A stretch of 64,000 bases of DNA, taken from NCBI GenBank assembly GCA_963841435.1, contig CAWJCS010000002.1:992001-1056000 (forward strand), read 5' to 3'. The DNA is from an uncultured delta proteobacterium. GTDB taxonomy: Bacteria > Myxococcota_A > Polyangia > Polyangiales > Polyangiaceae. Below the pieces are notes generated by a model that worked only from the letters and a program-made list of their open reading frames with translations, was not told the origin of the DNA and did not search any database. Below are positions 39,648-48,173 of the stretch, piece by piece (positions within the stretch are counted from its first letter, which is position 1; every line of letters starts with the position of its first letter). The position numbers and the translations under genes are program-made.

Positions 39648-40265
39648 GTGCGAGCTTGGCTTTTCATTTCTGAAAGCGCGGATTCGCCGCGGATGTTCCG
39701 CAGCGACTTCCTCGACCTATTCTCGCGCACCCATCCAGTCATCGTTCCGGTCCTCTTCGTTCCGGGCGCCGCTGTGGGCGTCTACGAGAGCATGACGGTG
39801 GGCGGTCGCGGAATCCTCACGACGCTGTTGCTCGTCATGGGCGGCTTCGTGGCGTGGACGCTCGCCGAGTATTGGCTCCACCGCCTGTTCTTCCACTGGA
39901 AGGCGCCCGGCCGCTGGGGTGAACGATTGCACTTTCTCGTGCATGGCGTTCATCACACCTGGCCGCGCGACAAATACCGTCTCGTGATGCCGCCAGCGGT
40001 GAGCATCAGCCTCTACTTCATCTTCCTCACGGTCTTCTTGCTGACGCTCGGCCCGCGCTGGGGCTGGGGCTTCCACGCGGGTTTCGTGGTCGGGTACATG
40101 TTCTACGACCTTACCCACTACTACCTACATCACTACAGTCCGCGGACGGAGTACGGCGTGCGACTCAAGAAGAATCACATGCTGCACCATTTCAAGGACC
40201 CGACGCGCCGCTTCGGCGTGTCGAACATGCTGTGGGATCGCGTGTTCGGAACGGGCCCCCGCTGA
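39648..40265 (+). CDS. Fatty acid hydroxylase/sterol desaturase family (FA2H-like)
   Basis: His boxes EYWLHRLFFH, HGVHH, YDLTHYYLHH, HMLHHF; RLVMPP; FGVS..WDRVFGT. Confidence 0.92.
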   Translation: MRAWLFISESADSPRMFRSDFLDLFSRTHPVIVPVLFVPGAAVGVYESMTVGGRGILTTLLLVMGGFVAWTLAEYWLHRLFFHWKAPGRWGERLHFLVHGVHHTWPRDKYRLVMPPAVSISLYFIFLTVFLLTLGPRWGWGFHAGFVVGYMFYDLTHYYLHHYSPRTEYGVRLKKNHMLHHFKDPTRRFGVSNMLWDRVFGTGPR

Positions 40266-41458
40266 ACAAGAGCTGGACGATCGAGAAGCTCGTCCCCGGC
40301 GGATCCGGGTTCTGCCGACTGCCCGACGGCCGCTCCGCCTTCGTTGACGGTGCCTTTCCCGGCGACCGTGTGCGCGTGCAGGCCGTTGCCGAGAAGCGCG
40401 GCTACGTGCGCGCCACTCGCTTCGAGCTCGAGGAGGCCGGGCCGGAACGCGTCGAGCCGGCTTGCAGCGTCGCCGACGCGTGCGGCGGCTGCGACTGGAT
40501 GCGGCTCTCGCTCTCCGCGCAGCGCGCGAGCAAGGTAAGGCTCGTCGTCGAGGCCCTCGAGCGCACCGGAGGCATCCGTTTGCCGGCGCCCCCCGAGCTC
40601 GTGACCGCCGGGCCTGCGCTTGCCTATCGGTCGCGTGTCCGCTTGCACATCGACGATCAGGGGCGCGTGGGGTTCTACGGGCGGCAGTCGCACCGCGTCG
40701 TGCCCGTGCGAAAGTGCCCCGTCGCCGCCCCGGAGCTCGACCGCGTGATCCCGGTTTTGGCGGAGCTCGACGCGCCTCGCACCCGTCTGCTCGCGCGCTT
40801 CGAATCGGTCGAGCTTCGCTCGGGCGCCGACGAGGTCGAAATTGCGCTCACACCCCGCGCGGACACCGACGCTCGCGCTCCGGCGCTCGCACCGCTTTAC
40901 CAAGCGCTCGCGTCTCACGGGCAGGTTCGAGACGCGCGGGGGGCTTTCTCCCAAGTGAACCGGGAGGTCAACGCGGTGCTCGTCGCCCGCGTCGTTGCCG
41001 AGGCGGCCGAGCGCGCGGCCGAGACCTTTCTCGACCTCTACGCGGGGGCCGGCAATTTCGGCTTGCCGCTCGCACGCGCGGGGCGTGCGGGCGTCGCCGT
41101 CGAGCTGTCGCGAAAGGCGGCGCGCGCCGCAGAGGCCGTGGCACGTGCCGAAGGGTTGCCCCTCGAGGTTCGGGTGTCCGACGTGCCGAGCGCGCTCCGC
41201 GCGCTCTCCACCGAGCAGCGGGGCTTCGATTTCGTCGTCCTCGATCCACCGAGGGCCGGCGCCAAGGACGCGCTCGCGCCGCTCTCCGCGCTGCGGCCGA
41301 GCGCGGTTGCCTACGTCTCGTGCGACCCCGTGACGCTGGCGCGTGACCTCGCAACCCTCGTCGGCGATGGGCTGCGTCTCGAACGCGTCACGTGCTTCGA
41401 TATGTTCCCGCAGACCCACCACGTGGAGACGCTCGCGGTGCTCGGTCGCGCCCTCTAG
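40232..41458 (+). CDS. 23S rRNA m5U methyltransferase, RlmD/TrmA family
   Basis: TRAM-like N-terminus, C..CGGC Fe-S motif, FSQVN, LDLYAGAGNF, LDPPRAG, YVSCDPVTLARD, DMFPQTHHVE. Confidence 0.92.
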   Translation: MGSRVRNGPPLNKSWTIEKLVPGGSGFCRLPDGRSAFVDGAFPGDRVRVQAVAEKRGYVRATRFELEEAGPERVEPACSVADACGGCDWMRLSLSAQRASKVRLVVEALERTGGIRLPAPPELVTAGPALAYRSRVRLHIDDQGRVGFYGRQSHRVVPVRKCPVAAPELDRVIPVLAELDAPRTRLLARFESVELRSGADEVEIALTPRADTDARAPALAPLYQALASHGQVRDARGAFSQVNREVNAVLVARVVAEAAERAAETFLDLYAGAGNFGLPLARAGRAGVAVELSRKAARAAEAVARAEGLPLEVRVSDVPSALRALSTEQRGFDFVVLDPPRAGAKDALAPLSALRPSAVAYVSCDPVTLARDLATLVGDGLRLERVTCFDMFPQTHHVETLAVLGRAL

Positions 41459-41585
41459 GAAGCATTCAGCGCACCAGAGGGGCAATGGCGCGCTGCGCCA
41501 TCGGCGCGCTCCCGACGGGACGGTCCTCGCTTTGTTGGCCCTTGCAGGCCCGGCCGGGAACACTGGGTAAAAGGAGCAAAAGCCC

Positions 41586-42272
41586 ATGCAACTGGTCGTC
41601 AACGGCAGAGCGAGCGCGGTGCCCCTGTGGGTCGTGTCCAACGGGGAGGTCACCATCGGGCCGGTGCGCACGGAGCTACTCCTGCGCGGCATCCGGCATG
41701 GCCGTGTCCCGGCGGACTGTCAGGTGCGAGCCGCCGGATCGGACCAGTGGCGCCCGCTGAGCCAGCTGCGCGAGGTCGCCGCGCTCAACGGTTTGCCTGG
41801 CTCCATCCAGGCCTTCCAACTTGCCGCCGCCGAGATCGCAGAGGCGCCCGACGAGCAGGAGGTGCTGATGAGCCTGCTCCACGGCGCCGCGACCGCGACG
41901 TGCGCCGCGCGTGGTCTCATTCACCGTGTGCGCGCTCCCATCGGTCTGCCCGTGACCTCGTACGCGCTAGGCGGGCTCGACGAAGAGCTCGGCACCGTAA
42001 TCCCCTCGCATGATCCGTCGTACTCGCTGGCGCGTGCCGGTCAGACGCTCATCGGCTCGCCCGACGGCGGCCCTGCCGAGCGCGTCGTCGGTGGGCGCCT
42101 GGGGTGCGGTGCGCTCAAGGGGATCCTCATGGTCCCGGTGAGCTACGGCACCGAGGTCGCCGCCCTGCTCGAGCTCGGCCGCGAGGGCCGCCCCTTCAGG
42201 CTCGACGACGTCGATCAACTGTCGCGCCTGTGCACGCTCGCCATCGCGCGCCTGGAAGACCTCGTCGGCTGA
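41586..42272 (+). CDS. Hypothetical protein: GYF_2/DUF4339-like N-terminus + GAF-like domain
   Basis: WVVSNGEVTIGPV...WRPLSQLREV; C-terminal ILMVPVSYG...ALLELGR..PF...D; AAGGAG RBS. Confidence 0.6.
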   Translation: MQLVVNGRASAVPLWVVSNGEVTIGPVRTELLLRGIRHGRVPADCQVRAAGSDQWRPLSQLREVAALNGLPGSIQAFQLAAAEIAEAPDEQEVLMSLLHGAATATCAARGLIHRVRAPIGLPVTSYALGGLDEELGTVIPSHDPSYSLARAGQTLIGSPDGGPAERVVGGRLGCGALKGILMVPVSYGTEVAALLELGREGRPFRLDDVDQLSRLCTLAIARLEDLVG

Positions 42273-42393
42273 GTGGCCCGCTCGGGGGGCGCCGCCCCCG
42301 CCGGCGCCTCGACCACCAGTGACCCTGCGCCCTTGCCCGGGCCGGTCCGCGGACCTGTCGTCGCACCGTCACGTTTCGTCCACGTCGGATGTT

Positions 42394-42445
42394 TTTCAAA
42401 AGTGAAACCAAATGGCACCCAGACCACGGGTAAGTTGCTGAAATG
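42394..42445 (+). promoter_or_regulatory. Palindromic enhancer candidate plus IHF-like site (copy 2)
   Basis: TTTCA-AAAG-TGAAA (42394-42407) and GGTAAGTTGCTGAAATG (42429-42445) in an AT-rich intergenic patch. Confidence 0.5.
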
Positions 42446-42460
42446 TCGCCCTCTGAGGAC

Positions 42461-42476
42461 TGGCACGCGGTGTGCT
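42461..42476 (+). promoter_or_regulatory. Sigma54 promoter candidate
   Basis: TGGCAC-GCGGT-GTGCT with exact -24/-12 spacing. Confidence 0.7.
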
Positions 42477-42486
42477 GTATAGCTGC

Positions 42487-42587
42487 CTGAAGGCGGCGCC
42501 CTTGGTGCCCCCCCCTCCGCCTCGGTCGCCGCCTCCTTAATCCACTCAACGGCTCGGAGCCACCCCGCTCCGGGCTGTTGCACTTTT
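42487..42587 (+). ncRNA. Candidate sigma54-dependent small RNA (~100 nt) with two C-rich-loop hairpins
   Basis: SL1: AGGCGGCG(42491-98)/CGCCGCCT(42527-34) enclosing a C8 run. SL2: 14-bp stem with a CACCCC loop, followed by CACTTTT. No + strand ORF downstream. Confidence 0.65.
42547..42587 (+). terminator. Intrinsic terminator-like hairpin
   Basis: CAACGGCTCGGAGC/GCTCCGGGCTGTTG with two G-U pairs (valid only on +), followed by a short T tract. Confidence 0.7.
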
Positions 42588-42613
42588 GTGGATCCGAGAA
42601 CGCCGGGCGCCGT

Positions 42614-44572
42614 TCACTCGGGCTCGTCGTCGTGCATCCAGCGCGTCAGCATGGGTGCGAGGACGAAGCAGAACGCCGCCGCAACCGCGGAAGCGATGGC
42701 GATCTTGCCGAAGACTCCACCGTAAATGCCGACGGTGGCGATTGGCAGGACGAGTCCCGCGCCGCCTTCCTCGACCCCGGTGAACTGGGAAATGATGGCG
42801 GCGAGATATTGCGAGAATGCCGTGGCCAGAAACCACGTGCCCATCACGGTGCTGACGAGCAGCCGGGGTGAGAGGCGCGTCACCATGGCAAGCCCCACGG
42901 GCGAAAGGCAAAGCTCACCCGTCGTGTGCAAGAGGTAGCCGAGCACGAGCCACCAGACGCCGACCATGCCCCGGGCGTCCGCAGTCTTCGCGCCGTACCA
43001 GAGCGCGGCGAAGCCGAGCGACAGCTGGAACAAGCCGAGGGAAAACTTCACGGGCGCGCTCGGGTCGCGCCCGCGACGGCCGAGGTTCGTCCAGAGGGCG
43101 CTCAAAACGAGACCGAAGCACAAAATGAAAACGGGATTGGTGGCCTGAAACAGGCTTGCGGGGGTCTCGTCGGCTCGGCTCGCGATCCCCATGCCGACGT
43201 TGTCCGCCGCGACGTGCCACGGAACCGTCGCTTCCGGTGCCTCGTGCGTCGCGCGGAAACGGTCGAGATCCTCGAGCGAGAAGAGCCGCTTGCCGTCGTG
43301 GTAGCCGACCTGCTCCTGGGTGGGCGTGAGCTCGATGACCTTTCCCACGTCGGCGTGGTCGAGGCGGCGTGTCTCACCGACGCGATCGACGTTGCGATCG
43401 GTAAAGTTGTTGATCGAGCTGCCGGCCTGCTCGAAAAACGACCAGAACAGGAGCGAAAAGAAAGTCAGCACGAACACCACGCCGAGCCGCTGGCGTTCGA
43501 CCTTCGATAGACCGGTCATGCGTTTGAGCAAGTAGCCGACGGCGAACAGCCCCGTGAGCGTGAGCACGAGACCGGCTGGCTTGCTGACCTCGGCGGCAAC
43601 CGTCGAAAGCAGCGGATTTTTCAGACTCTCGCGCACGCCGTCGGACAGGAGCACGAGCGGCTCGCCGTCGGCACGCAGCGGCGAGAAGCCGGAGACGAGC
43701 AGCGCGAGCAGCGGCACGGCCAGGAGCGTGGCGACGTAGACGACGCGCTCGGCCGAGAGAGGGCCGACGAGCGGCGTCGTGAGCCGCGTCGAGTCCGGTG
43801 GCGCCCCCGCGCTTTTCGGTACGCCGCCCCGAGCGAGCGCGATGGTGGCGATCACGGCGGCGATGACGAGCGCGACGGCGGCGAGCACGTTCACGGCGAC
43901 GGCCCAGCCGTTGTTCGGACGGAGCACGAGCAGCGCACCGGAAGTGGCGAGTGCGCCGCCGAGAATCATGGTCTGGGCGACGCGCGGGGGCGCGACGAAG
44001 ACGCTGAGCCCGACGAGCATGCCGATCGTCGCCAGGCCGAAACCGTAGTGCCATCCGTACGTCTCGCCGATGTAGCCGCAGAGCAGCGGCGAGAGCGTCG
44101 CGCCGAGGTTGATGCCCATGTAAAAGAGCGTGAAACCGCCGTCGCGCCGCGGGCTCCCAGCCTCGTACAAGGAGCCGACGATCGTGGAGATGTTGGGCTT
44201 GAAGAAGCCGTTGCCGGCGATGAGCAGCGCGAGCGCACCGAAGAAGGCCACGTCCTTTTCGACGGTCATCAAGAGATGTCCCGCCGCCATGAGTGCGCCG
44301 CCCAGCACCACGGCGCGCCGCGCGCCGAGCAGCCGGTCGGCGAGCATGCCGCCGAAGAACGGCGTCATGTACACGAGCGCCGTGTAGGAGCCGTACACGC
44401 CGTACGCGCGGTGGTCGTCGTAGTGTAAGAACCCCTTCAGCATGTAAAAGAGGAGCAGCGCCCGCATCCCGTAGTACGAGAAGCGCTCCCACATCTCGGC
44501 GAAGAAGAGCGTGAACAGTGCGGCGGGGTGACCGAAGAGCGTCGCCGTCTTGTCGTCTTCGGCCGCCTGCAT
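42614..44572 (-). CDS. Proton-dependent oligopeptide transporter (POT/PTR, MFS)
   Basis: Motifs GHP..LF..EMWERFSYYGMRALL, GNGFFKPNIS, FYMGINLG, FEQAGSS, GELCLSPVGL. Confidence 0.95.
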   Translation of the reverse strand: MQAAEDDKTATLFGHPAALFTLFFAEMWERFSYYGMRALLLFYMLKGFLHYDDHRAYGVYGSYTALVYMTPFFGGMLADRLLGARRAVVLGGALMAAGHLLMTVEKDVAFFGALALLIAGNGFFKPNISTIVGSLYEAGSPRRDGGFTLFYMGINLGATLSPLLCGYIGETYGWHYGFGLATIGMLVGLSVFVAPPRVAQTMILGGALATSGALLVLRPNNGWAVAVNVLAAVALVIAAVIATIALARGGVPKSAGAPPDSTRLTTPLVGPLSAERVVYVATLLAVPLLALLVSGFSPLRADGEPLVLLSDGVRESLKNPLLSTVAAEVSKPAGLVLTLTGLFAVGYLLKRMTGLSKVERQRLGVVFVLTFFSLLFWSFFEQAGSSINNFTDRNVDRVGETRRLDHADVGKVIELTPTQEQVGYHDGKRLFSLEDLDRFRATHEAPEATVPWHVAADNVGMGIASRADETPASLFQATNPVFILCFGLVLSALWTNLGRRGRDPSAPVKFSLGLFQLSLGFAALWYGAKTADARGMVGVWWLVLGYLLHTTGELCLSPVGLAMVTRLSPRLLVSTVMGTWFLATAFSQYLAAIISQFTGVEEGGAGLVLPIATVGIYGGVFGKIAIASAVAAAFCFVLAPMLTRWMHDDEPE

Positions 44573-44624
44573 CGAGGGGCCGAGCCTATCATCAAGCTCA
44601 CGGGGCGGGACCCCGATGCGCGTG

Positions 44625-45584
44625 TCAGACGAGGAAGCCGGTCGTTGCCTCGAGCCGGACCGCGGCGTGCGGCAGCCGATCCAGCCGGAAGCTCGCCACG
44701 AGATCGCGCGCGGAGACGGGCTCTTTGGTCTCGATGCCCACGCTCCTGGCTGCCCAGGCGACGATGCGGCGCGCGTCGACGCCGCGGCCCCTGAGCTCTC
44801 GCAGCGCGAGGTCGTGCTCGTGCTTGGCGAGGCGGCGGCCCGTCGCGTCGAGGACGAGTGGGACGTGGACCCAGCTCGGGTGGGGGAGCGAAAGGGCATT
44901 TTGCACGTGCCACTGACGCACCGCGCTCGGCAAGAGGTCTCGCCCGCGCACCACCTCGCTCACGCCTTCCGCAGCGTCGTCGACGGCGACCGCGAGCTGA
45001 TACGCCGGCGCGCCGCCGCGCCTCTGGACGAGAAAATCGCCGACCTCGCTCGCCACGTCGGTCGTGAACGGGCCGTACGAACCGTCCTCGATGGTGACGG
45101 GCCCGGGCGGAACGCGCAGGCGCACGGCGACCGGCCTGCCCGCCTGACGCTCCGCTTCCTCGATGCTCGCGAAGCGATCGCGACACGTTCCCGGGTAGCG
45201 CGGCTCGACCTCGCCTTCGTGAGGCGCTTGCGCGAGGGTCCTGAGGTCCGCTCGCGTGCAGATGCAAGGGTAGGCCATGCCGCTTTCGAGCAGCTTTTGC
45301 ACGGCATCGTCGAAGCGCTCGAGGTGCGCCGACTGCACGCTGGGCTCGCCGTCCCAATCGAGCCCGAGCCACGCGAGGTCCTCGCGCAGAGCGTCGGCGA
45401 GCTCCGGGCGGCTGCGGTCGGCGTCGAGATCCTCGATGCGCAACAGGACTCGGCCCCCCCTCGAACGCGCGTGCCACCAGGCGACGAGGAAGGTGCGAGC
45501 GTGGCCGAGGTGCAGGTAGCCGGTCGGGCTCGGCGCGAGCCGGCCGAGCAGCGCCGGTGCGTCCGCCTCGGCCTTTCGCGTCAT
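44625..45584 (-). CDS. gluQ: tRNA glutamyl-Q(34) synthetase
   Basis: Motifs GRLAPSPTGYLHLGH, LRIEDLD, YPCICTR, YPGTCR, YQLAVAVDD, VVRGRDLL, RLAK. No anticodon-binding domain. Confidence 0.92.
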   Translation of the reverse strand: MTRKAEADAPALLGRLAPSPTGYLHLGHARTFLVAWWHARSRGGRVLLRIEDLDADRSRPELADALREDLAWLGLDWDGEPSVQSAHLERFDDAVQKLLESGMAYPCICTRADLRTLAQAPHEGEVEPRYPGTCRDRFASIEEAERQAGRPVAVRLRVPPGPVTIEDGSYGPFTTDVASEVGDFLVQRRGGAPAYQLAVAVDDAAEGVSEVVRGRDLLPSAVRQWHVQNALSLPHPSWVHVPLVLDATGRRLAKHEHDLALRELRGRGVDARRIVAWAARSVGIETKEPVSARDLVASFRLDRLPHAAVRLEATTGFLV

Positions 45585-46147
45585 TCGCTCGGACAGCCGC
45601 ACACGGTGACGCGACGGCCAGCCTGGGCGACGATGCCGCGCGCGCGCGTGCAGCGGGCGTCGTCGTCGCCGGCGATGCGGCAGATCGAGCCCGCGGCGCG
45701 GCCGAGCGAGGCGAACGCCCGGCAGGCCGTCTGGCAGCTCGACTCCCGCGACTTCTTGTCGGCCTTGCTCTCCGGCGCTTCGTCCGCCTCGCGCTCCGAA
45801 GCGCGCGGGCGGGCGCGGGCGGGCGCCGCCGCGGGTGGTGCCGCAGCGCCGGTCGCCGACGAGGCCTTCGAGGGCGGTGGTCCGAGCGCGAGCTCGAGCT
45901 CGGCTCGGGCCCGTTCGAGCTCGGCCTGGGCCTCCGACAGGTCGTCGACGCCAGCGCGCCCCTCCTCGAGCGCGTCGGTGGGGACGCTCTCTTCGCCCGC
46001 AGGCGGGGGTGCGGGTGCCGCGGCGGGCTCCTGGGCCGGTGCGACGGAACCGGGCTCGGCCGGGGCGGCCGGGGCGGGCGCCTGCTGGGCGCTGCAGCCG
46101 GAAACCAGGCCGAGGCTCAGCGTGAGGAGCAGCCGTCGCAGGGGCAC
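45581..46147 (-). CDS. Hypothetical lipoprotein
   Basis: Lipobox VSGC; C-terminal CxxAC...IC...C...CxC; TGA overlaps the gluQ ATG. Confidence 0.7.
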   Translation of the reverse strand: MPLRRLLLTLSLGLVSGCSAQQAPAPAAPAEPGSVAPAQEPAAAPAPPPAGEESVPTDALEEGRAGVDDLSEAQAELERARAELELALGPPPSKASSATGAAAPPAAAPARARPRASEREADEAPESKADKKSRESSCQTACRAFASLGRAAGSICRIAGDDDARCTRARGIVAQAGRRVTVCGCPSE

Positions 46148-46178
46148 CCAGGTTAGACGCACGACGGCTCGGTTCGGC

Positions 46179-47405
46179 TCAACGGCACTTGAGGCTCCGG
46201 GCCCAGGTGCGCCCGTCGGCGACGTACGCAATGAGCCCACCATTCGGCAGAGGCGCGAGGGAGACGCTCGCGAAGCCTGCGGCGTTGGCGACCGTCACGG
46301 TGCGGCCGCTCTGGGGCTCGGCGAGGACCAGCTCCTGGGGGGAATGGGGCGCGCTCGCCGAAGGTCGCACGAACGCGAGATGAAGCCTCTCGCACAGCGT
46401 GCTCGCGGCGGCCGGCGCGAGATCGATGCCGTTCGGGTAGTCGAAGAACGAGGCCTCGGTGTCCATGCGCGGTCTCGCGCCGAGCGCGAGCGTCGCGAGG
46501 CCGAAGTGCGTCGCGTCGCGCTCGAGCGGCACGGCCGCCCAGGCGTCGTCGCCCGCGGCGCCCGCGACCACCTCGGTGAAGGAATGGGCGGGTCCCCCGA
46601 CCCAAGCCACGACGTCCTCACCGAGCTTCGGCGAGCCGCCCTCCGTCGAAAGCGTGCGCGCGTGGAGCGGCGTCATCCCGCTCCGGCCATCGATCGAAAC
46701 GGCGAGGGCGGTGTGCTCGGAGGTCTTCGTCAGCGAGACGCTGCTCGCCCCCGCGCCCTCGGGCGTGATCTCGAAGCTCGCCCCGCGTGACGTCCAGAGC
46801 CTCGCGCGCGACGTGCCCTCGTCGTCCGGTCTGCCGAGATAGGCGACCACGGCGACGCCGTCGAGCTCGACGGCCGAGGTTCGACACGAAACACGCGCGT
46901 CGTCGGCGATCACCTCGAGCGTGCCGCCCGAAAGGGAGCGGCGCACGAGCCGCCCGTGCGACACCCAGTACGCCTGCCCGAGCGCGATGCTCGGTCCTCG
47001 CCCGACCGGCGCGAGCTCCTCGGGCCCGGCCTCGACGCTCGGGAAATGGAGCGCGGGTGGGCGGCCGCTCGTCGTCGGCGCCGCGACGAGCACGCGGTCG
47101 TCGCGCGTGACGAGCACCACGCCGGCGGGGGATGCGGTCGCGGGGCCCGCGGGGCCCACGTCGTCGAGCTCGCCGAGCGCGATTTTTGGCAGCCCACCGT
47201 CCCCGCTGAGCTCGACCTTGACGCTCGTCGGCGCGGGCTTCGGCGCCGTGACGCTGGGCGCGGGCTTCGGCGCGCCGCTCGATGGCGTCGCCCGGGCGCT
47301 TTCGCGCGGCGCCGCGCCGGCGGCCGAGGCAGCCGCGGGCGGCGCGTCCTTGCGGCTGCACGCGACGAGCGCGAAAAAAAGCGCCAGAACCGCCGGTCGG
47401 AGCAT
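46179..47405 (-). CDS. Hypothetical lipoprotein (beta-rich)
   Basis: Lipobox LVAC, AAGGAG RBS, Pro/Ala linker. Confidence 0.7.
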   Translation of the reverse strand: MLRPAVLALFFALVACSRKDAPPAAASAAGAAPRESARATPSSGAPKPAPSVTAPKPAPTSVKVELSGDGGLPKIALGELDDVGPAGPATASPAGVVLVTRDDRVLVAAPTTSGRPPALHFPSVEAGPEELAPVGRGPSIALGQAYWVSHGRLVRRSLSGGTLEVIADDARVSCRTSAVELDGVAVVAYLGRPDDEGTSRARLWTSRGASFEITPEGAGASSVSLTKTSEHTALAVSIDGRSGMTPLHARTLSTEGGSPKLGEDVVAWVGGPAHSFTEVVAGAAGDDAWAAVPLERDATHFGLATLALGARPRMDTEASFFDYPNGIDLAPAAASTLCERLHLAFVRPSASAPHSPQELVLAEPQSGRTVTVANAAGFASVSLAPLPNGGLIAYVADGRTWARSLKCR

Positions 47406-47487
47406 GCTCCTTTCGGGTTACTCGCGGCTCGACCGAAAACCAAGAGAAGGCTTCAGCCGATGGCACGAACGCGCTAGGGACGGTGCC

Positions 47488-48114
47488 ATGCGGTCGGGTT
47501 TCGGTCCCGTGGTCCTCCTCGTCGGGCTCGCGCTCGCGGCGTGCAAGAGCGCCACGAGGGAGCCACGCAGCCCCGAGCCAATCGGCGCGAGCACGGGACC
47601 CGAGCCCGCGCTCGACGAGACTCAGGAGTCACCCGACGAGGCCCCCGGGCCGTCGTTGCCTCCGACGCCACCCGAGCCCGGCACGAGCGCTTCCGCTCGC
47701 CCGGCACCCGCCGGCAGCGCGGCCGTGCGCCCGCCCGCCCCCACCGTCCCCGAGCGCCACGGGCCGCCGCTGCCCGAGCTTCGCGTCAAGAGCTTCGGCC
47801 TCCACATCGGCGGCACCGCGCGCGACGCGGCGGAGCGTGACAAGATCTTGGCCACGCTCGAGCAAAAATCGTGGCGCTATCTCGAGTGCTACCAGCTCGT
47901 CGAGCAACCCGGCACGGAGGGAACCTTCGGCGCGGACCTCAAGGTGAGCGGTCGTGGCGGCAGGCCGAGCGTCGGCCACGTGCGCACCAGGCTCAAGGGA
48001 GATCGCTTCCGGAGCTGTCTCGAGGAAGCGTTCGGTAGCGTGACGTTCGACGAGACGCCGTCGGGGCGCGCCATCGTCGTGAGTTACTCGGTGAAGTTTT
48101 CGTTCGCCTGGTAA
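47488..48114 (+). CDS. Lipoprotein with AgmX/PglI (TonB-C-like) C-terminal domain
   Basis: Lipobox LAAC; ECY...G....L.V...G...SCL..AF..VTF...VSYSVKF pattern. Confidence 0.6.
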   Translation: MRSGFGPVVLLVGLALAACKSATREPRSPEPIGASTGPEPALDETQESPDEAPGPSLPPTPPEPGTSASARPAPAGSAAVRPPAPTVPERHGPPLPELRVKSFGLHIGGTARDAAERDKILATLEQKSWRYLECYQLVEQPGTEGTFGADLKVSGRGGRPSVGHVRTRLKGDRFRSCLEEAFGSVTFDETPSGRAIVVSYSVKFSFAW

Positions 48115-48173
48115 GGTCGTGGCGTTGCGCGGCGCGGCGATGGCGCGGCGCCGGGGGCGGTGGGCGGCTTGCC

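Noticed and set aside
47461-47488. TGGCAC...GTGCCA inverted pair as divergent sigma54 promoters
   Set aside because: The GC element is one base off the strict -24/-12 spacing on both strands. It could be another operator but is unsupported.
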